From: Paramecium tetraurelia | Taxonomy: Eukaryota | Assembly: GCA_000165425.1 (NCBI GenBank) | Contig: CT868363.1 | Location: 186,001 to 250,000, forward strand | Direction of reading: 5' to 3' | DNA: 64,000 nt | Part shown: piece by piece, positions 13,801 through 25,222 of the stretch | Layout of the letters: each line of letters opens with the position of its first letter | Position numbering within the stretch: position 1 is the first letter of the stretch | Notes under the pieces: model-generated | What the model was told of the DNA's origin: nothing | What the model saw: only the letters and a program-made list of their open reading frames with translations | Databases searched by the model: none | Made by a program: the position numbers and the translations under genes

Positions 13801-14032
13801 ATTACAAACACACGCAATCATTCTATTAGAATTTTTAAATCAACTCTGCAATAGTCATTTCTTATGTAATTTGATCATCCAATTCTAAAAGATTTACATC
13901 CTATTATTTTTAGGTTTAAGTTTATGTCTATTCCTATTTCTTATCAGAATCTGTTTGCTTTTCTTACAAGAGATTCGAAGTGACATTTTTTACTGTTCCC
14001 GCAGCATTTTTAATTTTCTATCCCAGCCACAT
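7847..14032 (-). CDS. Giant coiled-coil golgin of GMAP-210/TRIP11/Rud3 type (~2045 aa) with C-terminal GRAB-like and GA1-like motifs; two introns (7951-7973 and a 25-nt one near 8548-8572)
   Basis: N-terminus MWLGQKIKNAAGTVKNVTSNLLQE; Q/E/K-rich heptads; C-terminus NLIDKRIIKEALLNYFDNRAPQKIRQSILQQLCCILTMTEQEAAKIG...SLKDNLLSFLLND*. Length minus introns is divisible by 3. Confidence 0.75.
11730..12600 (-). repeat. Intragenic TQ/IQ-motif array containing a ~110-aa tandem duplication
   Basis: Two copies begin DDEKQFNQNDQ and DDEKQINLNDQ. They share VETTTQFTQHE/VETNTQFTQHE and NQDTQINV/NQDTQITV. Confidence 0.8.
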
Positions 14033-14158
14033 TTTCCTGATTGTCTATTATATATTATGAATATAAATTTTTAATTTTGCACATGTTAATTGCTCAATAA
14101 GAATCCCAATACTGCAATTAATAATACTAATAATAATAAAATATAAAAACTATTGTTT

Positions 14159-15329
14159 ATGAATATAAAGCTTATTCAATACTCCATCGCCTTGTCCTTA
14201 CAACAACTTGAATCTGATGGTTCACAACTTTATTAGCTCCAATGGAAAATAGGTTTATTTCAATTCATACTTAGATAACAATGTAATCAACATCCCCTTA
14301 ACAAATGATGCCTTTAATAAGCCATTATGCACATAATCAAATCTCATTTTAGATTAAAACAGGGTGTTAGAAGAAAAGAGCACATCAATCATTTTTAGAG
14401 TTAATGAAGATATACTTAAAGAGTACAAAATTAATTTAAGTAAATACCTAAACTCTAAATTAAAATGTATAATCAAATGTCTAAAATAGAGATAGATGAT
14501 ATATTACAAATAAATGAGACTACTAAATTACATATCTAATGGAAATTCGAAAAACTCTATGCAATAGATTTGGGGTATTTAGACCAATTATTCTACTAGG
14601 GATAATTAGGAAAAGCAAGTCAATTTCAGCCCAACTAACACTCAAAGAAAATCTCAAGTCATAACCAAGAAATCTGTTTCAATTATCTCCCCTCATGATT
14701 CAAAAAATAATGAATAACCTATTGAAATAGAAAAAAAGACAGTAGAAGAAACTAATACTACTATTCTTAAATTGATTGCTGAAAATAAGAAATTAAAAGC
14801 TTAAGTAATAGAGTTAAAAAGGTAAATAGATTCGCTTTCTTAATCAAAACCAATCTTTATTTAAGCAGAAGTTGAAGGCTTTTTAAGAGAGTATCAAATG
14901 GAAAATGAGAAGTTAAGAAAGCTATTGAAACTCTAAGTTGAGAAAAATCAATCTTTACAAGAGGAATTAAAAATTCTCAATTCCACTTATCTCCAAAATA
15001 CAAAAAGATTTTAATTACACATCCAACAATTGGAAGAGAGATTTTAAGAGATATAAATTAGTTGTGATAATTATATTGAGAATATCAATAATTTTGAATA
15101 ATCAACTCTTTAAGATCTGTAAAAACTATAGGACCTAGAGGATCAAGAAGTAGAGAGAAAAAAAGAACTTTAGAAACTATTCAAAGGTAAAATAATCAAC
15201 AACATTTCTGAAATTCAAAATGGCTAATCAAATAATGCATCAATTTATTCATCTTAATAAGACAATCAAGAAAAGCAATAAGCTAATTCATAAACTAAAG
15301 AAATTTATGAATTATTGGATAATGATTGA
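14159..15329 (+). CDS. Hypothetical protein, possible NT-type C2 domain plus coiled coil; three introns
   Basis: LYQLQWKID...FNKPLCTQSNL...LEEKSTSIIFRVNEDILKEYKINLSKY resembles the NT-C2 pattern; C-terminal heptads; TGA 15327-15329. Confidence 0.6.
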
Positions 15330-15367
15330 CATTTATTATTAAATTTTGTTTATATAAATAATTGTAT

Positions 15368-16253
15368 ATGAAAAGCAAAAGTGATGCAATAGTTGTTGTA
15401 CCAACACCCTTTAGTAATAGCAATTAATATTGGATTAGACTCTATTAAAGCTTTTGCCCTTTTCAAAAAATATTGGATTATTGCAGATTTAAAATACCTT
15501 TACTAAATGTCTAAAAATGCATAAAAATTGATCAATAAATTAGAAATCGAAGAAACATAATACATATATACAACCTCAGATAAAATAATCGTTTAAACAA
15601 AAGAAGGATGGATTCATGTAATAAATGAAGATTTCTCAAGATTGAATTAGTTCCATTTGAATATATTTAGTTTCTGTAGATTATGCTTACATCAAGGTCT
15701 TCTTTTTTCCATTAACTCTAATTTATTAGAAGCCAGAAACATCAACAGTCTTGATATAGAATTTTATGAATATTAAGCTGAAATATTTTGTACATCTATT
15801 AAAGTAATTGATTCAGAATTTGACTAATTTATAGTAATAGTGTTAGACAATGGAATCATTGATGTCTTAAAAAATAAAACATCAATACATAGATATTAAT
15901 TAAGTTAAAATAAATAAAATCCTATTTTTGTTTATGATTGCATTCCAGTAATGCAGAATAATGAATTAGTTATTGCAGCTTCAACAAATTAACAATCAAT
16001 TATCATTTTGAAAAATTAAGTCTAATAGTAAACCTTAGAATTGAGTTTCAATCCAACAACTATTTTCTCATATTCTAAAACAGATTTAAGTCCATTAATA
16101 GCATTTAATAAAAATAGGTTTGCTCTTATTGCAAATAAAGAAATATGTAAATTTAATTTTACAGATATAACAAACTATTACTATGAAAAATATTGTTATT
16201 TGAGCACAAATGAGTAAATTATTATGATTGATTTTGATTATTTAAAGAAATGA
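15368..16253 (+). CDS. Divergent beta-propeller/WD40-like protein (possibly ASA1/GNB1L-like), 286 aa; one 25-nt intron
   Basis: Beta-rich sequence with IIVQTKEGWIHVI...FSFCRL and IVLDNGIIDV. The frame closes after removing one intron. Confidence 0.5.
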
Positions 16254-16660
16254 GTTAATATAAGAATATTATTTATTTACTTGTTTCTTCCTATAGATGA
16301 ATTGAATTTTAAGAATATAAGATTAATTAGTAATTCTTAATTTTTCAACATTACATTATAAATCCATTTTACAATTAAATTCTACATACCCCAATTATTC
16401 AAAACTAAAGGTTTTCAACCCACAATTTCAAATCTAAATGTCTGTATTAATTATTTTATTTATTTCAATTTTATAATTCAAAGTTTTTGATGCCTTTAAT
16501 CTAATAACAAAATCAATGTATTTTTCAGTATAAATAAGCAATATTATTTATGCATTTTATTAAGGTGTTTTTGTTATATAATAGTTACCTTATAAGGATT
16601 TTGATGATATACAATTTAGCAGATCAAACTCATTTTTTATATTAATTATTTTCAAATAAA

Positions 16661-17763
16661 TCATTTTTCAGCACTCTAAATAGCTTGTTAAGTTTAGTAT
16701 TACAGTGGCAAATGATTATTTTTTTAAGGTAACGGTACTACATGACTTTAATCATAAAATTGTTTTAAGGATCTATGTCCAAGACTATTATATTAAAAAA
16801 AGGGATTTACATTTTTCCACTTGGTAATTACAATTCTCCATTTGGCAATACCTTTGCTTTATTTTAATTAATGATTTCTAAGTAATGCATTAATTATGCT
16901 CTTCTTGCTTATTATTCTGGAGTTTATTCTACGATTTCAAATTCAGAAACCCTTGAATCTGATTTTAAGGAATCTAATTCAAGAATTTCTTCGAATGATA
17001 GTTCATTCAACTCAGGAATTTCATCAAGTTGTAGCAATTTCTTAATTTTTTCTGTAAAATCATAAAAATGGCACAGTTCGTCATAGTGCTCATTGGGCAT
17101 AAAGCAATGACCTAAAGGGATAATGATTTCATATATACCTTTGTCTAGCATGTGTTATTTAGCTGCCTCTGATGAAGAGAAGATAGATGGACAAGATAAG
17201 CAATAAAATTATTTCTCGATAACGTTCCTTAAACATTAGATCAAACCCTTCATGTCAACTAGAGATTCTTTTTCACGAATGAAAAATCCATGATCAGTGT
17301 TCATATGATTGTAAGATTCATCCACTGTTTCGAATGTGTCATCACAGAATAAGCATTACTCAGGTAGATTTTAAACTTATTTTTTTTCTAAGGAATCTGA
17401 ATTTTTTCTATTGTCCTTCAACACTTATTTATGTTTGGCTGAATTCAAGTGTTGGGAATAGGTACCTGAGGAGAAAAAGCTTTTCCTAAAGAATGAAGGT
17501 TGATTAATACTTGCAAGTATTACAAGAATATGTTTATGCTTGGCTTGAGGAACAGGAAGTATTACTTTGTGATTCAAGAAATTCTATTGTGAAATAGAGA
17601 TAATACTTTTCTAAAAAATTTCAAACGAAACAGACTCTAGATTCATCAGTCTTCTTCTGATATTATATCTGTGAAAATCAGACCTATAATGAGCCTAGTA
17701 CTCTTGATCATTTGGTATTGTGATTTGACAGTTCGAGCAATAATGTGTATTTCTTTCTTGCAT
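16661..17763 (-). CDS. REI1: Cytoplasmic pre-60S maturation C2H2 zinc-finger protein REI1/ZNF622; four introns; 3' end tentative
   Basis: CSNCQITIPNDQEYQAHYRSDFHRYNIRRR, CNTCKKSFFSSGTYSQHLNSAKH, CLFCDDTF...HMNTDHGFFI, HMLDKGHC, ELQLPSGKILGHRSL. Confidence 0.9.
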
Positions 17764-18190
17764 ATTTATTATTATATAACAACAATAAAGATAATTCTTA
17801 TATAAATATTTGATTCATCAGATAAAATCAGTATTTATAAATAGGAAAATAAAAATAATCTCGCTACTTGAACACGTGGCAGATGGATAATTACTAAATG
17901 TGATATATGGTTGGGACATACGTCAAAAGCACAGAGGAACCATTAAATTATGATTTTAAATTTTTGCTCATTTATTGAAATTTATTTAATTGATCTGATT
18001 GGATATTTTATAATTAAGAATAATATATAAAATATATTGTAGATTATGAATATAATATTATGGAATTAATAAAATAAATTATTAATTAGAATATTTAAAT
18101 AGATGGGTTTGGAATTTCAATCTCTATTTATTATTAATCCTCGGGGGGGAGAAATTATCCTTTAATATAATATATAAACATAATGATTGT

Positions 18191-19087
18191 TCAAATTGCA
18201 GTTGGTTGTTATTTTTCAGTGTCATTTTCGTATGCAATACTAATTGGTTTATTTGTTTTGGAGCAACAATTTGCTAATCTTTTAAGGACGAAATCAATTT
18301 TAGCTTCCCAATAGCATACCATATTGAAGAAGTAATGGGAAAAAATGTATCCTCCTGGTACCTATGATTTAATTGAGTAATTACATCAATAGTATAATGG
18401 ATGGCAAACGATATAACAATGAAGGCTTGGAAGATCGAGCATATGAAAAAAAACAAGGCCATGTACCTTTTTCCTACTTTCCTCATTTCCAGTGCACAGA
18501 TAGTTAAAAAGCCAACATGTCCCTAAGATTAATGAAATCTTTGTACTGAATAAAAGAAATCTGAATATTTTCCGTATTTAACTACTAAACTTGGCACCAA
18601 TGGATCTTCCCAATAATAGTTAGGTGAATATTCCAATTTGAATATATTCAAGTGAACTGCTCTGATTGCATAGAATAGGATAAGAACTGCAAACAATCTA
18701 AAATTTCTCTCGTACAAAACCCAATAAAGTGAGACATAAAAAAATGCAAAATCTAAAATTAGTGCTGAGGATATTTGCATCATGGCAGAGAACCTAAGAT
18801 AATTTAATTTTTATATACCATCTATGTTCTTGATATAATTGATTTATTGGAGTAGTCAAAAGATGTCCCCAATCCCATACACCATTAATATTATCACTTG
18901 GAGTACCGAAGATTTCGCCGAGCTGAGTAACAACAATATAAGTAAAGAAAATAAAGATTCTAAATCTAAAGTTATAACATGGATTTCCAGGAACAGCACT
19001 TTATCGATGATCAAATTTGTTTGGAAAATAAAATGATTTTAAATCTTCACCATTATATTGAACAGCTTCATCACTTTTCGTTGCCAT
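18191..19087 (-). CDS. Sphingomyelin-synthase-like (PAP2_C / lipid phosphotransferase) multi-pass membrane enzyme; three introns
   Basis: Catalytic motifs SDFFYSGHV (split by intron 18523-18546) and HYTIDV; several TM segments. Confidence 0.8.
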
Positions 19088-19116
19088 ATTAAATAAATTA
19101 AATAAATGTATTTATT

Positions 19117-20740
19117 TCATTTTTATTCATTTTTTTTTTTTAAGTATGCTTAAAAAAATAACTTATTGAATTTTTATCTCTCAAAGTGACTTTTCAATCT
19201 GTAATAACTACAATTCATCTAGGTAAAAGTCATTCTTAAATTGTCCTAAGCTTCGTTTTCCTCCGTCTTCAATTTATTATATCTGTCTTCTAACACTTTT
19301 ATGTATTATGATTTCTCTTCTAAGTCATAGATTCTGGAGTATCTATACTAAACACCATGAGGGAGGTTCTTCTCAAATTTCTTCTGATATTGACTATCTT
19401 AGACCCATTCCTCATTGTTCTAACTTCTAATGATGGTCCCAATCTTGACAGGAGTAATCTTTCGACTTTAAAACCCAGAGATTCTCATCTTAACTTGTTG
19501 TTCCTCTAAACTCTCTTGAAATTGCTTGTCATATTCTTGTTGAAGATTGTGTGCCTTCTTGATTCGTACATTTAATAGCTTCTTAATTTCAATCTATAAA
19601 AAGGATCTATATTTATAATTTGATTACTTAAAACAACTATCTAGTTAATTAGTCATAAAATCTATCTTCAATAGTGCTTACTTTTAGAAAATAGATACTG
19701 ACATGATTCGAATAACAGACAGCTTCATAAATCCCTTTGTTTTTTTAGCTTGCTTGAATAAATTCTTTGGTTTCTGGTTCTGCTGCACTCTTCACGTATG
19801 GCTTATTATATTTATTGATCATAAACTTTAAGTTCCCTTCCTCATCCAAAAAGTTTAATTCTCCTATTATTTTTTATTCATCCAAGATTTCAACCGATAA
19901 TTGATGTTTCATCAACTTTGAAATCTTCATTGGATGATCTTGAATCCCTCTCTTCTCTATCACTCTTTTCAATTCAACCTATCCATTATTGATCATCCCT
20001 ATGTGATTTTTCAAAATTATCTTGTCTCCATAATCATATAGTTTTTCATTCAGTTCATAAGCTAACATCTTCATTTCTCTCAATGACCATTGTTAAAACC
20101 AAGGGTATTTTGAAAGAAACGCTATTTTTTAATCTAACTGATTTTTATTATAATCTCCAATTAATTGCTTATAAGTTGTTTTATCAATTGTAGCAAAATG
20201 ACAATCAGTAACTGAAATGCTTGTGGCCGTCCTTGCTTAACTACTTTACAATGCCAATTCTCCAAAAGAACCCCCTTCTGTTATTGTGGCCACCTCTTTT
20301 GGCACAAATACATCCTCTTATGGAATATTTATTTAAATTGAAACAGTTCCTAGAGAGTTTGAGAGATTATAATACCTTAGAGCACTATGTAGAACATATC
20401 ACCTTAGTCACCTTACTTAAAGATTATTTCATTTTGATGAACAAACTTATATTGAAGAGCGTCGGCAATATCATAAATTAGTTATTACTTTGATTGAAAT
20501 AATTGGGCAAAATATTTGATGGTGCTAAGTAATTCTTATAATTTAATTGCTTATACAATGTAGCAGGAATTTATCATTCTAGCTTCTAGATATTAGAGGT
20601 TTTCGAATAATTTTGATAGATTTTACTAAAATTTATTCCCGGGTTAAGTCTTCGTATTTTTCATTTTAAAGAGTCTTGCTTCTTATCTTATTCTCTAATT
20701 TCGGAGAAGAACATCTTCGATCAATTAATTTGGAAGCCAT
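19117..20740 (-). CDS. Cyclic-nucleotide-binding domain protein (one canonical and one degenerate cNMP domain)
   Basis: IIFKQGDQGDMFYIVLQGTVSI...EGGSFGELALQSSQARTATSISVTDCHFATIDK, then FLSKYPWFQQWS. Confidence 0.85.
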
Positions 20741-20850
20741 TTGAGTAAGCTCAAATAAATAAATAATTATAATATTAAGTTATTATGATTGTTAGAAATT
20801 CTGTTGTTCTTTTTCCTATAAGTTTTACAATTAAAAATACATAAAATATA

Positions 20851-22293
20851 ATGAATATTTAATTGACTGATATATTGACTGCTTATGAAGCAGAGCATTA
20901 CTTAGAGAATCTACAAATATTTGAAATTACAGACTTGGGATGTAAAAAGTATACTATTTCAATAATTAGATGGTTTGCATAAGATGAGATTTTATAAAAA
21001 CTCAATTTCTAAGCACACATAAATGCCATAACTAGATCTGATGAATTCATTATGGAAGCCTTCTGTACCTTCGAAAAATCAAACCATTAATTTATGATCT
21101 AATAATGACTGAAATGTGGAAGCAATATGTGTATCCTTATTTGAAATCTCATTTTACTGAATTACCATCAGTTAGATCTTACACAGTACTTTAACATGAA
21201 GCTATTGCCTGTAATTTATTGCAAATTTGCTTATTTCACAGAACTTCAATTGAATCATCAGAAGGTTATCTTCTTGAGATAGTGGATTATTGTTCTAGAA
21301 AATTGGCAGATTTACTATAAAAGTACTGAATTGTAAAAAAGATTTAGGCCACCTGCAAAAAAAATTGAGAAAAAAAGCATTGAATATTATAAGAATAGAA
21401 CGAAAGAAGATGAAATAGATGAACAATTTTAGAATGTTGAATTCTAAATTCAAATGATGTGTTTAAGCATCATCAGATTCATAACTGATCATATTAAGCG
21501 TTTGCCTATTAATATACTACACCAAATTATTGTTGAAAATGACTTTTTCTTTTTGCTTGTTCCTTTGATTGAACAGAAACCTTGGTTAAGAATTAATCCA
21601 AATAATGAAAGAGAAGTACTTGAATAATCAAAGTGGGTTACTTTAAATAAGGAAGATTACAGTAAATTGCCTAAATTGAAGCTTAATTGTGGATTACAAT
21701 ATACAATTTATTCATGGATCCTGAAAGTCGAAGGAAATATGAATTGAATGATTTCAAAAAGAGCAACTTATTAAGATTGAGAAAATTTATGAATGAATTA
21801 TTACTAGATTAGATTCCCCAACTTGTTGATATGTTGAGATCTTTGGAAGAGTTATCCCTTATGCAAGTACAGGCATAGAGTAAAAGTACTATAGAGGTTC
21901 AACAATTGCCAGAATTACGTTTGGCAATATGCAAAGATAAAAATTGGAGTTCAATTGTTTAAAAGTAAAAAGAAGAGTATTTCTAAATAAATGATCCAAG
22001 TATAAGAGAAGGTATAATATATCAATAATATAATAGACATCAAAAGAATGGCAGAACTCTACTCAAATACAGTGTTTGAAGGTATTATTGATGGATTTAA
22101 ATGTGAGAAATGCATGAAGGAAGCTACCAAAAGATTTTCTCGTTGCAAATAAGTATTGTATTGTAGTAAAGATTGCTAAGTTGGTGATTGGCCAAAACAT
22201 AAAGTGTATTGCAGGACAACTACTACACAAAAATAGGAGGACTCCAAATAAGTTGATAAATAATCAGATAAATAATTAGATCAAATTGATTGA
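20851..22293 (+). pseudogene. ZMYND10: ZMYND10 (axonemal dynein assembly factor) homolog with two frameshifts and a damaged MYND finger; pseudogene or sequencing errors
   Basis: Conserved blocks LNFQAHINA, EMWKQYVYP, HEAIACNLL, VDYCSRKL, LIEQKPW, EAQLWITIYNL, LLRLRKFMNELLLDQIP. A single A is missing at 21074-21078 and at 21673-21675. The MYND finger reads [37 protein letters not shown]. Confidence 0.8.
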
Positions 22294-22310
22294 GTATATT
22301 AATTTAATAA

Positions 22311-23644
22311 ATGAATAATACTTAAAATATTGAGAATCTTAAAAACTTAGTTGCAAAAAAAATAGAAGCTGGAGGTTTCTTGAACTCATTAAGAGCCTAA
22401 CTAAAAGTAGAAGTTTATAAAGTAATGACTATAATACTAATTTAAAAAGATTATTGAATCTTAAGATTAACGATTAAAAGAAAATGTTGGTTTTTAATGG
22501 GAACATCCTTTATTGAATTAAATCAAAGGAATGACAGAGGGAATAAAAAGTCTTGAATTAATTTTGGAATATCTTGAATTTTTCAAATTTGATTATACTG
22601 CATAAGTTTTAAGAAAAGAAGCTAACTTTAATGATCCTATTATTAAGGAATCTTTGGCTCGAAAATTAGGATTAAATTCATCCCTTGATAGTATGAGACC
22701 TCTATTAATGATTTTGGTTTCTGAGTTTTCAAAGGGAGGTTCTACTATCAATATTCAAAGTCCTGTCAATAATGCAGCTCCCCCTGAAACAAACATAACT
22801 AGAAACTAATAGAATAAAAAATAACAAGAAGAGGAATAAAAAAGAAAGCAAGAGGAAGAACAAAAGAAAAAGGACTAAGAAGAGAAGAAAAAGCTTGAAG
22901 AAAAGTAAAAGAAAGAATAAGCCGACTCAAAAAAAGCTACCAAAAAAGAAGGCAAAGATAGGCCTTAAACTGCACCACCTAAACCTGAATAACCAGCTCC
23001 TAATGTGAATAAGATTAGAGGAGGATAAACAAAATAAAATGCTCTAACTTCCATGTTTGGACTCGATCTAGGAGGTAACTAAAATTAGTTTGAAGAAGAT
23101 GATATCTTTTCTAATAAACCAAAATAATAATAATAATAACAACAAAAACCTTAATAAAATACAAAGGTGAATAATTAAATTAAAAACAATAATGCTTATG
23201 CTTATGATGTAGGAGCTGATTCTCAATCTAAAAATTAAAAAGCTCAAAATGTAAAGGGAAATGCAGGAAAATAGGTATCATCTGACCCTTATGCCTTTGA
23301 TTTAGATGAGTAACCAAAATAATCTTAAAAGAAATATGATTATGATCCCAATTAGACAATAGGAAAGAAATTTAATAATCCTTATGCCATAGGAGATCCC
23401 TAAAAAGGATAGCCTTAAAAAGGATAAAAAAATGACGAAATCGAAGAGGACATTGATGATTTCCAGTAGTCTAGAGATGATAGGGCTAAATAATCAGTAA
23501 TTAAAATTATTATCTTAGAATTAATTATTTACATCCGATGACGATTATTAAAGAGCGACCTAATCATTGGGTGTTGACGAAAGTGTAGACTCATTAGCAT
23601 TAGAAGAGTACGATTATTATGAAGATGTATTTCGCAAGAGATGA
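22311..23644 (+). CDS. FGFR1OP: FOP/CEP43 (FGFR1OP) basal-body protein with N-terminal TOF/LisH dimerisation domain
   Basis: LKNLVAKKIEAGGFLNSLRAQLKVEVYK...LILEYLEFFKFDYTAQVLRKEA and C-terminal SVDSLALEEYDYYEDV. Confidence 0.85.
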
Positions 23645-23834
23645 TTATCTATGCTTTAAATAATTTTATATAATCTTTATAAAAACATTGTTAGTTAATA
23701 ATTCAGTAGTTTTTAATTTTAGATTGAAATCTGTGACGAAAATATAATTTTAAAATGTTAAGCAATTTTTATTCACTAAAAATATAAGAAAAATAATGAT
23801 TATGATGTCCATATTTATACGTATACTTAAAAAC

Positions 23835-24649
23835 TCATTATTATTTATTAGTGTTATCATTTGGCTCTACAATTGCTTCTTGTTCTGCTTATTTCTTTTT
23901 ATGTATTATTTTTGTTTTCTTCTCAACAGGTTTTTCCACCAATAATGGATCTTCGATCAATTTAAGCATTGAAATAGAGGTTCTTGATCTTGAACTTCTC
24001 TTACGAATTGGATCATCCCTTCTTCTGACAGGTTTTCCTTTTTTCATGAGTGGAGTAATTAATTGTTGCTTAGATAACTTCTTTTTAAATATGGACATTT
24101 TATTTCTAATATTACCTGTTCCCTTCTTCAGAATAGAAACTTCTTTTAGATAAGGTGAGTTTTGTTTGACATTCATGAAAACCTCCACACCACAATATCT
24201 GAAGATAAATTTGAATGAAGCATCTAATGAGTTTGATCTTCTTTTTCCAACGCATAAACCTTAGTAAGTATTCATAGTAGGTTCACTCATATTATGAATC
24301 CATTTCACTTGAATTACATCACCCACTCTAAAATCAGGGAATGTCATAGGCTTTAATTATTGAATGGAATTACTTTAATAATTTGTAGTCTTTCAAATTC
24401 TTCATTTTCTAATTATTATAACAACTTTTTTCTTGGTAGAATGGGTGATGGAGGGATGACTGGCCAAATTGTTTATTCATCATCCCATTATGGTAATCTA
24501 GGTCTTCTTGATTTTGGGAAGGCAATTTATCTAGGTATATAATTCTCAATGTAATGAGTCTTATCAAAAGGAGACCTTTTAGGTACATAGCCATAAACTA
24601 TGTTGAATCTAGGAATGGTATTTACTAGTGATCTGTAAATTCCAATCAT
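23835..24649 (-). CDS. MRPL19: Mitochondrial ribosomal protein bL19m; one 23-nt intron
   Basis: FPDFRVGDVIQV...YQGLCVGKRRSNSLDASF...GVEVFMNVKQNSPYLKEVSILKKG; presequence-like N-terminus. Confidence 0.85.
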
Positions 24650-24671
24650 ATATTTATATTAAATTATATTT

Positions 24672-25222
24672 ATGCAAAAAATTCAAAACTTTATCGAAAA
24701 CAACAAAGCAGCTGTTGCCATAGCTGCAGTAGCTGCTGCTATTGGTATTGTTGGAATAAAAGTACTAAATTAGGAAAATAGAGGGAGTGGTAATAGTTTT
24801 TCTATGTTTTAGCTAAGATTTTGGATGCAAGTATATAAAAAGTTCCTTTAATTGAAAGATTGGGAGGAGAGTAAGCAGTTTAACCCATGATATCATTATT
24901 GTTTGAACGTATCTCAAATAATAAGGATTTAAAGTCCCTTTTCTAGAATGTTGAAAAGAGTGTAAGTGAATTTCATATAATTATATAGAAAGCTTCATAG
25001 CATTTTAGTGCTGTGGTTCTACATCTATTTGGAGGAAAATCAACATAATCATAATCAGATCATTGCAAACTTAATATAACAGAAGCTTAATTTGAAATAA
25101 TTCTAAATCTTTTAGATCAAGTTCTTAAAATGTTAGGAGTTGACGACAGAGAAATCAATGATGCAAGAGAAGCATTTTTAACCAAGAAATACTAAATTGT
25201 TATTCCAAATAAAAATGCTTGA
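24672..25222 (+). CDS. Group I truncated haemoglobin (trHbN-like) with N-terminal hydrophobic anchor, 166 aa; introns 24790-24812 and 24962-24988
   Basis: LIERLGGEQAV...LFERISNNKDLKSLFQNV...LFGG...DHCKLNITEAQFEIILNLLDQVLKMLGVD, preceded by AAVAIAAVAAAIGIVGIKVL. Confidence 0.85.

Noticed and set aside
17900..17925. Minus-strand TGTCCCAACC resembling a ciliate telomerase RNA template region
   Set aside because: Lacks the CAACCCC template and the upstream TGTCA element.
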